Positions 31,048-39,193 of a stretch of 64,000 bases of DNA are shown here, piece after piece (the first letter of the stretch is position 1; each line of letters opens with the position of its first letter). Position numbers and translations under genes: made by a program. Below the pieces are notes generated by a model. It searched no databases, was not told the origin of the DNA, and saw only the letters and a program-made list of their open reading frames with translations. Source of the DNA: Bacteroidia bacterium (lineage in GTDB: Bacteria; Bacteroidota; Bacteroidia; Flavobacteriales_E; Vicingaceae); NCBI GenBank assembly GCA_030433355.1, contig JAUIMG010000004.1, forward strand, positions 76,260 through 140,259, in the 5' to 3' direction.

Positions 31048-31977
31048 GTGCCAATAAACCTAAAAGAAACCCGTATTTACAGTCATTTGGAGCTTTTTGC
31101 CCGCCAAGTGGTAGAAGGCTTTATTACTGGCATGCACAAAAGTCCATTTCATGGTTTTTCGGTAGAGTTTGCCGAGCATCGCCAATACAACACCGGCGAA
31201 AGCACACGGCATTTGGATTGGAAGCTGTATGCCAAAACCGATAAGCTCTTTGTGAAGCGCTTTGAGGAAGAAACCAATCTTCGTTGCCGCATTATTTTGG
31301 ATGTGTCTTCTTCTATGGATTTTCCAGAAATGGACCCCAAAGAACCTACCAAAAATAAATTGGGCTTTTCTATTTATGCTGCGGCCGCTTTGATGGAGCT
31401 ATTGAAGAAGCAGCGCGATGCTTATGGCTTGAGCTTATTTGCCGAAGACATACAGCTGCATACCGAAGCCAAAACCAATGCCACCCACCAAAGGCTGATG
31501 TATGCTTATTTAGAGAAACTTTTGGACGAGCAAGAGAAGAAAGCTACCAAGCAGCAAACCTTTGCCGTAGATGCCTTACACCAATTGAGCGATATGATTC
31601 ACCGCCGATCTTTGGTGGTGATTTTTAGCGATATGCTAGACAATTCGGAACGTGCGGAAGAATTGCTTACTGCCTTGCAGCATTTGAAATACAACCAGCA
31701 TGAGGTAATTCTTTTTCATGTGGTAGACAAAAAACAAGAAGTAGATTTTGAATTTGAGAACCGCCCTTACCGCTTTATAGACTTAGAAAGTGGGGAAGAG
31801 GTAAAGCTTAACCCTGCGGAAGTGAAGGAGCATTACCAGGAGCAGATGGAAAAGCAGATGGCCGCCCTTAAGCTGCGCTGCGGACAGTATGGCATTGACC
31901 TAGTAGAGGCCGACATTAACCAAGGTTTCCACCAAATCTTAATGCCTTTCTTAAACAAGCGCAAAAAGCTGTATTAG
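31048..31977 (+). CDS. DUF58 domain protein (second, orphan copy)
   Basis: HKSPFHGFSVEFAEHRQYNTGESTRHLDW matches the DUF58 core. GTG start as in the track. No MoxR gene is adjacent. Confidence 0.8.
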   Translation: MPINLKETRIYSHLELFARQVVEGFITGMHKSPFHGFSVEFAEHRQYNTGESTRHLDWKLYAKTDKLFVKRFEEETNLRCRIILDVSSSMDFPEMDPKEPTKNKLGFSIYAAAALMELLKKQRDAYGLSLFAEDIQLHTEAKTNATHQRLMYAYLEKLLDEQEKKATKQQTFAVDALHQLSDMIHRRSLVVIFSDMLDNSERAEELLTALQHLKYNQHEVILFHVVDKKQEVDFEFENRPYRFIDLESGEEVKLNPAEVKEHYQEQMEKQMAALKLRCGQYGIDLVEADINQGFHQILMPFLNKRKKLY

Positions 31978-32085
31978 TCTTTAAAGGGATTTCAAAAGTG
32001 CCTCTCGATACATCCCGCCGAAGCGAGACAGTCGAAGTATTTTAGAACCAGTCGAAGATCTTTTAAAATCCTCTTGATGTAATAG

Positions 32086-33348
32086 CTACACCTGTTTCCC
32101 TTTCATCATCTTATTCCAATACAAGTAGGGTAAACCATATTTTTTCAACATCCATAATCTCCAATGCTCTTTGTCGCTATTGAAAACAAGCATTCTCTTT
32201 AGTTTAGGATCGGGAGTGAAATTACTGGCATAATCAAATTCTGCTAAAATCATTTTGCCATAGCCTGTAACCAATGGACAGGAAGAATAGCCATTGTAGG
32301 ACATTTGACCTAGCTTGTTTTGGGCAATCAAGCTCATTAAATGATCCACCACTACCGGTACTTGCTTTCGAATAGCTGCTCCTGTTTTTGCAGTAGGCAA
32401 AGCTGCTACATCACCTAGGCCAAAAATAAAAGGGTATTTCTTATGTTGCATGCTATGGTGATCTACATCCAACCAACCTGCATCATTTACTAGCTTTGAT
32501 TCTTGAATAAACTTAGGTGCCGTTTGAGGAGGAGCAATGTGTAGCAGGTCAAATGGAATCTCTATAATCTCCTCCCCACTTGCAATTTCTCCTAATTCAT
32601 TATCTTCATTGATTACGCACATATTCTCTTCAGGAGAAGTGTGTTTAAAGTAGATGATTTTTTTCTCCGAATCTATTTTAATGGGAGCATAGTAAGGTTT
32701 AAAATGTATTCCATAATGACCGATCACTTCCATTAAAGATTCCTTAATTGGCTTTACACCGAAGATGACACTTCCCGGAGTGGCAAAAACCACATTGCTT
32801 TTATCCTTTAGCTTATTCTTTCTAAAATAATCTGCCGCTAAATAGGCAATCTTTTGGGGTGCTCCACCGCATTTTATTGGTGTTGTAGGCTGTGTAAACA
32901 CAGCATTACCACCCTTAAAATTTTTGATTTTCTCCCAGGTGAATTCCGGATCGATGTAATTACTACAAGCTACTCCTTTTTCTAGAGCCTCAGGCAGGCC
33001 TTCTATTAGCTCCGGTGCCATCACCAAACCTGGTGCCACTACCAAATAATCGTATTCCAAGCTGCCACTACTTTTGGTGTTCACAATTTTGTTATCGTGG
33101 TCGAAGGTGGTGGCGTAATCCTTTACCCACTTAACTCCCTTGGGAATTAAATCTATCGTTTTGCGTTCTGTTTTCTTAAAATCAAAAGTTCCTGCACCTA
33201 CCAAAGTCCATGCTGGCTGGTAATAATGCTTTTCTGAAGGATCTATAATGGCGATGGAAAGATTTTTGTCTTTCTTTTTTAATTGTGCAGCAGTCATTAT
33301 TCCGGCTGTACCTGCTCCTATAATTACAATTTGGTAATGTGTTGTCAT
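32086..33348 (-). CDS. sqr: Sulfide:quinone oxidoreductase (type II SQR-like FAD oxidoreductase)
   Basis: FAD motif IVIIGAGTAG and conserved Cys contexts PIKCGGAPQK and YSSCPLVTG. Adjacent to the persulfide dioxygenase gene. Confidence 0.75.
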   Translation of the reverse strand: MTTHYQIVIIGAGTAGIMTAAQLKKKDKNLSIAIIDPSEKHYYQPAWTLVGAGTFDFKKTERKTIDLIPKGVKWVKDYATTFDHDNKIVNTKSSGSLEYDYLVVAPGLVMAPELIEGLPEALEKGVACSNYIDPEFTWEKIKNFKGGNAVFTQPTTPIKCGGAPQKIAYLAADYFRKNKLKDKSNVVFATPGSVIFGVKPIKESLMEVIGHYGIHFKPYYAPIKIDSEKKIIYFKHTSPEENMCVINEDNELGEIASGEEIIEIPFDLLHIAPPQTAPKFIQESKLVNDAGWLDVDHHSMQHKKYPFIFGLGDVAALPTAKTGAAIRKQVPVVVDHLMSLIAQNKLGQMSYNGYSSCPLVTGYGKMILAEFDYASNFTPDPKLKRMLVFNSDKEHWRLWMLKKYGLPYLYWNKMMKGKQV

Positions 33349-33463
33349 GGCTTTTAGATTTAAGGATGTATAAATCTATTCTTTTCCATGAGTAAGTAAA
33401 GTAACTTCTGTTACACAAAGCGCCGAAGCCATAACCAAATAAGGCCTATAATAATTTAGAGAT

Positions 33464-33499
33464 AAAAAAACTCCTGCATGAAGATGCAGGAGTTTTTTT
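33464..33499 (-). terminator. Strong bidirectional hairpin terminator between the pdo-rhodanese gene and sqr
   Basis: Perfect 10-bp stem actcctgcat/atgcaggagt with loop gaag, flanked by an A6 run and a T6 run. Confidence 0.75.
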
Positions 33500-33515
33500 A
33501 AATATTATGTTGGTA

Positions 33516-34928
33516 TTACAACATGGTAGTTGGACAAACATATTCTGTTTTTGGGAGCTCTGTTTTGGCCATCTCTTTAAAACCACCTCGTACATCTACG
33601 AAATTGTCCCATCCTCTTTGTTTTAATATAGAGGCTGCAATCATACTGCGATAACCTCCAGCACAGTGAAGCACAAACTTCTCCTCTTTGGGAAACTCTG
33701 CTAAATGCTGATTGATTTCATTGAGAGGAATATTGATGGCATCTACCAGGTGTTCCGAATCAAACTCGCTCTTTTTGCGGATATCAATGACTTTCACCTG
33801 CTTGCTCTTCCACTCTTTTTCTAAGTCTTGCGCGTTGATACGTTGAAAAGAATCTACTTCCTTGCCGCTAGCAGCCCAAGTAGCAAAACCACCATCTAAA
33901 TAGCCAATGGAATAATCATAGCCTACACGAGATAAACGGGTAATGGCTTCTTCTTCTTTTCCTACTTCGGTAATCAATAGTATTTTTTGTTTTACATCTG
34001 GAATCATTTCTCCCACCCATTGGGCAAAGTTTCCCTCTAAACCAATGTTAACACTCTTGGGTATAAAGCCTTTGGCAAAATCTTCGGCATCTCTAGTATC
34101 TAAAACCAAAGCATCTGTTTCATTGGCTACTACTTCAAACTCTTCGGCAGATAGTGGTTTAGCACCTCTTTCCATCACGGTATCTAAGCTATCGTAACCC
34201 TTGATGTTCATAATTACATTCTGTGGAAAATAGCCCGGAGGGGTAGTTAAGCCATCCAAAAGGGTTTCTATGAACTCTTCCTTGCTCATGTCTTGCAGGG
34301 CATAGTTCGTTTTCTTCTGATTGCCAAGGGTGTCTGTAGTTTCTTTACTCATGTTTTTACCACAGGCAGAACCCGCGCCATGGTTTGGAAATACAATTAA
34401 GTCGTCGCTCAGTGGCATAATTTTATTGCGCAGTGAATCGTACAAATGCGAAGCCAACTTTTCTTGGGTTAGATCTGCAATAACGTGCTGCGCCAAATCT
34501 GGTCGACCTACATCTCCAATAAATAAGGTATCTCCAGAAATTATTCCATATTCGTCTCCCTTTTCATCAATCAAGAGGTAGGTAGAACTTTCCATGGTAT
34601 GACCGGGAGTGTGAATAAGTCGAACGGTGTACTTACCTACTTTAAATTCTTGACCATCTTCTGCAATAATGGCTTCATAAGCCGGCTTGGCTGTAGGACC
34701 AAAAACGATTTGCGCTCCAGTTTTCTTTTTTAAATCCAAATGCCCACTCACAAAGTCTGCATGAAAGTGCGTTTCAAAAACGTATTTGATTTTAGCATGA
34801 TCATTCTTTGCTCTATCGATGTAAGGCTGCACTTCTCTCAAAGGATCAAAAATGGCAGCCTCTCCATTATTTTCTATGTAGTATGCTGCATGCGCAATGC
34901 AGCCGGTATAAATTTGTTCTATTTTCAT
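33516..34928 (-). CDS. MBL-fold persulfide dioxygenase fused to rhodanese domains
   Basis: Metallo-beta-lactamase motif THFHADFVSG and a C-terminal rhodanese active-site loop HCAGGYRS. Confidence 0.8.
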   Translation of the reverse strand: MKIEQIYTGCIAHAAYYIENNGEAAIFDPLREVQPYIDRAKNDHAKIKYVFETHFHADFVSGHLDLKKKTGAQIVFGPTAKPAYEAIIAEDGQEFKVGKYTVRLIHTPGHTMESSTYLLIDEKGDEYGIISGDTLFIGDVGRPDLAQHVIADLTQEKLASHLYDSLRNKIMPLSDDLIVFPNHGAGSACGKNMSKETTDTLGNQKKTNYALQDMSKEEFIETLLDGLTTPPGYFPQNVIMNIKGYDSLDTVMERGAKPLSAEEFEVVANETDALVLDTRDAEDFAKGFIPKSVNIGLEGNFAQWVGEMIPDVKQKILLITEVGKEEEAITRLSRVGYDYSIGYLDGGFATWAASGKEVDSFQRINAQDLEKEWKSKQVKVIDIRKKSEFDSEHLVDAINIPLNEINQHLAEFPKEEKFVLHCAGGYRSMIAASILKQRGWDNFVDVRGGFKEMAKTELPKTEYVCPTTML

Positions 34929-35120
34929 GGCTTTATTTTTTTTATTCTGCGTATAAAATTAGTTGCGATCTGATTAATCTTTCGTTACAAAAGTTACACT
35001 TGCCAGGGAGTTCTACTATGATAAAAATCAGTTCGATAGAATTTTGAACTTCGAGAAGCCCAAAAAAGTACCAAAGCATTTCTTAATCTAAAAGGATTCT
35101 TAAAATTGATCTTAATTACC

Positions 35121-35434
35121 ATTGCTTATAGCCTCACAGCATTTGAAATAGAAGCAGCATGAGGTAATTCTTTTCCATGTGGTAGATAAAAAGCAAGATT
35201 AGATTTTGAATTTGAAAACCGCCCTTACCGCTTTATAGACTTAGAAAGTGGGGAAGAGGTGAAGCTAAAGCCTGTAGAAGTGAAGGAACACTAGCAAGAG
35301 CAGATGGAAAAACAGATGGCCGCCCTAAAGCTGCGCTGCGGACAGTATGGCATTGGCTTGGTAGAGGCCGATATGAATCAAGGTTTTCACTAAATCTAAA
35401 TGCCTTTTTTGAATAAAAAGAAGATTTGTATTAA
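35121..35434 (+). pseudogene. Decayed duplicate of the 3' end of the DUF58 gene (31662-31977)
   Basis: My hand alignment found about 36 differences over about 280 aligned nt. There is a 1-nt deletion near 35195. In-frame stops at 35292-35294 (TAG replacing TAC) and 35391-35393 (TAA replacing CAA). Confidence 0.85.
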
Positions 35435-35886
35435 ACTACTCTCTCTGCTTCTCTTTTAATTGCTGCATTTCGCTCTCCTAAAAAGCGTTTCATGTAGTTT
35501 TTTAGAATGACTGCATTGAAGAGTTTTCCTAAAATTCCAAAAGGAGATTCAAAATGGAAATGATCTACCATGCTTGTAACCCCATTTACTTCGGTGAATA
35601 GATGTTCGTGTTTTATAGATTTGAAAATTCCTTTCACCATTTCATCAGTAAATGAATGCGGAGCATTCATGGCCGTAATTTTAGTGGTGAGTTGCTGTTT
35701 AATACCAAAATGAACTGCCTCCCAGGTAACGGTTTCTCCTAATCCAATTAAACCACTTGTTCTGCCCGCAATGGCTTTTTCTTTCGTTTTAGATGCTGCT
35801 TCTTGATGAAAATCAATACTGCGAGACAAATCGAATATGACTGGAATAGGTGCTTTGATTTTAGTGGTGATGTGAATTAGGGGCAT
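35431..35886 (-). CDS. SRPBCC (START/Bet v1-like) family protein
   Basis: 151 aa. The pattern PLIHITTKIKAPIPVIFDLSRSIDFH...ETVTWEAVHFGIKQ is typical of small SRPBCC proteins conserved in flavobacteria-like genomes, as far as I recall. Confidence 0.7.
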   Translation of the reverse strand: MPLIHITTKIKAPIPVIFDLSRSIDFHQEAASKTKEKAIAGRTSGLIGLGETVTWEAVHFGIKQQLTTKITAMNAPHSFTDEMVKGIFKSIKHEHLFTEVNGVTSMVDHFHFESPFGILGKLFNAVILKNYMKRFLGERNAAIKREAERVV

Positions 35887-36327
35887 TTACTTTGCTAATA
35901 AATCATTCGGATCAACAACAGGTAAAATAAAATTAGATAAAGCAGTTCCTTGAAATCGAGTCATTAAGATGCCACGAGAAGTTGAGTAGGTGATAGATCC
36001 AAGTGCATTTCCTAATCCTGAGCTTACTAATTCTTGTCCATCTTCTTTTGCAATCAGTTCGTTTAAGTTGTCAACAGAAAACCAATAGATGAAATGAAAC
36101 TTACCCACTGCTTCTTTTTGGTCTGTGCTTTCAGTTTCTACTGAAATACGAAAGTTGGTTTTTACTAACTTCTCTTGTAAGTTATGTCCCATTTCAAAAT
36201 CAACATCAAACTTGAAGTTGGTCACTTTGTTATTATCATGTTCCTCAGGACAATCTATTGCACCACTTAATATGGAAAAATGAAGCATCTTAATTTTTTC
36301 AGGAATTAGTTTACCAAAATCTTTCAT
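35887..36327 (-). CDS. Hypothetical protein, candidate SecB-like chaperone of a TAC module
   Basis: 146 aa. An aligned-by-eye beta-beta-beta-beta-alpha pattern and the C-terminal stretch LGNALGSITYSTSRGILMTRFQGTALSNFILPVVDPNDLL resemble E. coli SecB [41 protein letters not shown]. The start overlaps the antitoxin stop (TAATG). Confidence 0.4.
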   Translation of the reverse strand: MKDFGKLIPEKIKMLHFSILSGAIDCPEEHDNNKVTNFKFDVDFEMGHNLQEKLVKTNFRISVETESTDQKEAVGKFHFIYWFSVDNLNELIAKEDGQELVSSGLGNALGSITYSTSRGILMTRFQGTALSNFILPVVDPNDLLAK

Positions 36328-36809
36328 TAGGCAATTTGTCTTTTTGAATTAGCACTTTTCGAATCATAGGAATGTTCCATTTCTCTAACTTGAGTAATTT
36401 CTTGAACTCTCGAATCACTTCTTACAGAAATGGTAGAAGAGAAGTTATTGCTTGCAACTACTTTCATTATTGCATCAGGCGTTTTGAATGGTTTATTCTC
36501 AGTTAATCCTGAGACATAAGCGTATTGATGTAACTCTCTTTTCAAAAGCTCTGATTTACTTTCCAATTCAAAATGAGGTATAAGATCTAGCCTAAGAAGA
36601 ATAGAAACAATTTTTGAATAACTAAAATTTATATCTCCTGAGTTTAAAATTTGAGACATTCTTCCTGCGCTAATGTCTAAATACTTTGCCATGTCTTTTT
36701 GCTTGAAGCTTCTAGCTTCCATATATCGAACAATGGCATCGTATATTTTACCGTTTAATTCTTCTACCCAGTATCCTGGTTCAGAAATTACTTGTTCTCT
36801 TGTTATCAT
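36327..36809 (-). CDS. XRE-family HTH antitoxin (HigA-like) with a C-terminal extension of about 75 aa
   Basis: HTH segment FKQKDMAKYLDISAGRMSQILN. 4-nt overlap (ATGA) with the upstream toxin-like gene. Confidence 0.65.
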   Translation of the reverse strand: MITREQVISEPGYWVEELNGKIYDAIVRYMEARSFKQKDMAKYLDISAGRMSQILNSGDINFSYSKIVSILLRLDLIPHFELESKSELLKRELHQYAYVSGLTENKPFKTPDAIMKVVASNNFSSTISVRSDSRVQEITQVREMEHSYDSKSANSKRQIA

Positions 36810-37204
36810 AGCTTATGATTTTCGTTATAATAATCTATTATAATATTCTTTATTCTGTCGATATCTTGCTGTTGGCTTCCTTTTAAACCTCCTCCAACAA
36901 TTACTCTGCCTTTAGGATCTTGAAATAAATAAATTCTTATTTCGTTTTTCTTGGCTTCATACATTTTGCATGGCAGCCTATCGTCTTTTATTGTTCTAAA
37001 CTTGGCTTCAGGTAAGCGAATCGAGTTACAGCTGTGTTCAATAATTTTAAATGCGGATAAGAGAGATTTTGTGAGGTTTCCATCTTTTTCAATTTTAGCA
37101 TTAAACTGTTGCAATAGATTTTTATCGTTTTTGCAGAGCTCAAAAACCTTGATTTTGGTTTTCGGGCTGACTAGTTCCGACAATATTAACGAATAATTTC
37201 CCAA
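36806..37204 (-). CDS. HigB/Gp49-like (RelE/ParE superfamily) toxin
   Basis: 132 aa. The C-terminal core KMYEAKKNEIRIYLFQDPKGRVIVGGGLKGSQQQDIDRIKNII fits the phage Gp49/HigB pattern (..yElR...yRi.yf....ivll.g..K). Toxin-first gene order, as in higBA. Confidence 0.55.
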   Translation of the reverse strand: MGNYSLILSELVSPKTKIKVFELCKNDKNLLQQFNAKIEKDGNLTKSLLSAFKIIEHSCNSIRLPEAKFRTIKDDRLPCKMYEAKKNEIRIYLFQDPKGRVIVGGGLKGSQQQDIDRIKNIIIDYYNENHKL

Positions 37205-37209
37205 AAAGT

Positions 37210-37225
37210 TTAGTTATAACTAAAG
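37210..37225. promoter_or_regulatory. Perfect 16-bp palindrome TTTAGTTATAACTAAA, candidate operator of the TA(C) operon
   Basis: Lies 6 nt upstream of the toxin start codon, in the only sizeable (63-nt) gap of the gene string. Confidence 0.55.
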
Positions 37226-37267
37226 TTTAACAATTTTAAGCATTTTTATTTACTAACTTAATCCGCA

Positions 37268-38398
37268 TTAAACAGCTGATTTTATTGCACTGTTCAATTT
37301 CGCGACAGGCTTTTTAAAAACATTTACCATTCGCTCAGATGTTTCAATCAAAAAATCAATCATTTTAGGCCAATCTTCTTTTTCATAAATAGAAACTCCT
37401 TGCATTTCAAATTTTATCCTAGAGGAAACTTTATCATTCATTCGTTCCCAAACTAGTTTACCATTAAAATCATTTTCAATTGCATCTTTTTTAGCTTCTA
37501 AAAAATCAAAACATTTTTTATTCTCCAATTGAGCCCCTCTGTTAATATAAATTTCCGCTCTTGTATACGTTCTAGTACCAACTATATTTAGGTTTATACC
37601 GCTCATGCCAATCCCTATTCCTATCCAATTGTCTTTAGAAGGAGAGATATTAGAAAAGAGATTGTTTTTCTGATTACTTGCTTTTAGAAACTCAGCCCAA
37701 AAGTCTAAACGAACCTGATATCTATGCTTTAAGTTTTCTTGAACAGTTATTTCTTCTTGAGCTTTTGATGCCATGCTTATGGTATAATCTTGAGCATCTA
37801 CCACAGGGAGTATTTGGTCTAAGTTCAAAAAAAGTTTATCTTCTAATTTATAAGGAGTGACTTTAAAACATTGAATTCGAATTTGAAAATTCATTAGCCA
37901 TAGTACCGTAGAGGTTACTTCTTTTCTAAACTTAGCAGCAATAAGAATAATACGCTGTTTTGAACCTTCGTTAATGAGTACTTCACTATAATCTTCTTTA
38001 CCTAGAAACTCTGCCAAGAGGGTTTCTGCATCTTTACCTTTATTTTGAGCGTTCAAATAATCTTGAAATATTCTTTTAATGTCCTCTTTTGATAATGTAC
38101 TGCAATAGGAAGCATACTTTAGTGCTTGCCAAGTAACATCTTTACCTGAATCGTCTAATTTATTTTCAATTATAACTAGGTTTCCTTGTTTGTCTAGTGC
38201 TAATAAATCAAGTCTTTCTCTTGTTTCTTGAAATCCATCAAACTCTTTTTGAATGATTAGAAACTCTTCATCTGCAAGGCATGTTGGATCATTTGCAATC
38301 CATTCTTGCAAATGCTCTCTTTCTTTAAAGCCTAATTCAGAAAAAGTACATCTCTCTAATTTCTCAATAATATTATTATCCTGATTTATTCGATACAT
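37268..38398 (-). CDS. PD-(D/E)xK nuclease-like N-terminal domain fused to a DUF4268-like C-terminal domain
   Basis: RLDLLALDKQGNLVIIENK supplies a D...ExK motif at residues about 63-80. The C-terminal half resembles DUF4268 as I remember it. Confidence 0.5.
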   Translation of the reverse strand: MYRINQDNNIIEKLERCTFSELGFKEREHLQEWIANDPTCLADEEFLIIQKEFDGFQETRERLDLLALDKQGNLVIIENKLDDSGKDVTWQALKYASYCSTLSKEDIKRIFQDYLNAQNKGKDAETLLAEFLGKEDYSEVLINEGSKQRIILIAAKFRKEVTSTVLWLMNFQIRIQCFKVTPYKLEDKLFLNLDQILPVVDAQDYTISMASKAQEEITVQENLKHRYQVRLDFWAEFLKASNQKNNLFSNISPSKDNWIGIGIGMSGINLNIVGTRTYTRAEIYINRGAQLENKKCFDFLEAKKDAIENDFNGKLVWERMNDKVSSRIKFEMQGVSIYEKEDWPKMIDFLIETSERMVNVFKKPVAKLNSAIKSAV

Positions 38399-38423
38399 AA
38401 TTGTAGTATTTTATTTGGCTTTA

Positions 38424-38672
38424 CTATGAATTCCTTAATCTAACTAGGTTCGGTTCCCTAAACTCAAATAAATGAGCATAGTTCTTCCCTGCATGTGTGT
38501 TTGGGTGAGTTCTTAATCGTATTTGCTTTGCATTTGCAAAGCCAACATCCTTTTTATAGTAGAGCCTTCTATTGGTAATTTCATTACTAATTTCTTCTAA
38601 AGTAGCTGTTCTGTTTTCTTTGCTTAAAAGAACTACTGCTATTGCTTCGTGTAATTTTAAAATACGTTCCAT
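38424..38672 (-). CDS. Small winged-helix (HARE-HTH-like) protein
   Basis: 82 aa. LHEAIAVVLLSKENRTATLEEISNEI...LFEFREPNLVRLR resembles the HARE-HTH/Mrr_N type wHTH. Weak call made by eye. Confidence 0.35.
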   Translation of the reverse strand: MERILKLHEAIAVVLLSKENRTATLEEISNEITNRRLYYKKDVGFANAKQIRLRTHPNTHAGKNYAHLFEFREPNLVRLRNS

Positions 38673-38688
38673 TTTCTATTTCTAAAAA

Positions 38689-39189
38689 CTAACCCAAAAT
38701 CAACTGCAATACCATAGCTGCTGCGGCTACCAATATACTTAACCATGCGATGTATTCATTTCTCTTTGCTCTAGCTTTTGTTTTTGGGTAGTCATCAATT
38801 ATATTTTTCTTTAACTCAATATCGAGTTCTAAGGCTTTTCTCTCAATTTTATCTTTTTCTGCTTTTTCTGTATGGGCTTCTCTTGCTCTTTCCATCTGAC
38901 CGTCCCAATAAAACTTCATGCCTCCCTGTTGCATGAAATCAAGAAGAAGACCTGTGCCTTCAACCATCCAATTATTATCTTCTGAGTGAGTAACTCTAAT
39001 AACTTCTTTGGGTTGATTCTCTTCAATTATTCTTAAAAGATGATTTACTTGATCGAAATTTTTCTTCACTAAGAATGCATCCAAACTAATCTTATCTGTA
39101 AACGCAATATGGTTATGCTGCTTTAAAAGGAACTTAAATAATAAATCTGCTTCTTGCGACTGGCCTTTTGTTAATTGAAAAGAGTTCAT
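38689..39189 (-). CDS. Hypothetical tail-anchored membrane protein
   Basis: 166 aa with a soluble N-terminal domain, a charged helical stretch (EKAEKDKIERKALELDIELKK), and a single C-terminal TM helix YIAWLSILVAAAAMVLQLILG. Confidence 0.45.
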   Translation of the reverse strand: MNSFQLTKGQSQEADLLFKFLLKQHNHIAFTDKISLDAFLVKKNFDQVNHLLRIIEENQPKEVIRVTHSEDNNWMVEGTGLLLDFMQQGGMKFYWDGQMERAREAHTEKAEKDKIERKALELDIELKKNIIDDYPKTKARAKRNEYIAWLSILVAAAAMVLQLILG

Positions 39190-39193
39190 TTTT

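Noticed and set aside
31978-32085. A possible small RNA or REP-like repeat downstream of the DUF58 gene, where gtcgaag occurs twice (the flanking bases differ) and there is a ccgaagcgag segment.
   Set aside because: It is too short and irregular, forms no convincing hairpin and has no second copy. Only the terminal part is mentioned, as a weak inverted-repeat candidate.
34740-35047. Two plus-strand ORFs (77 and 79 aa) at the 5' end of the pdo-rhodanese gene and just upstream of it.
   Set aside because: They are antisense to the MBL gene start and run into the intergenic region. No motif is present, so they are likely spurious.
37268-38398. Calling the 376-aa nuclease-like protein Shedu (SduA, DUF4263).
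   Set aside because: The PD-(D/E)xK-like motif is N-terminal and the remainder looks DUF4268-like. Shedu carries its DUF4263 nuclease domain C-terminally, so the architecture does not fit.
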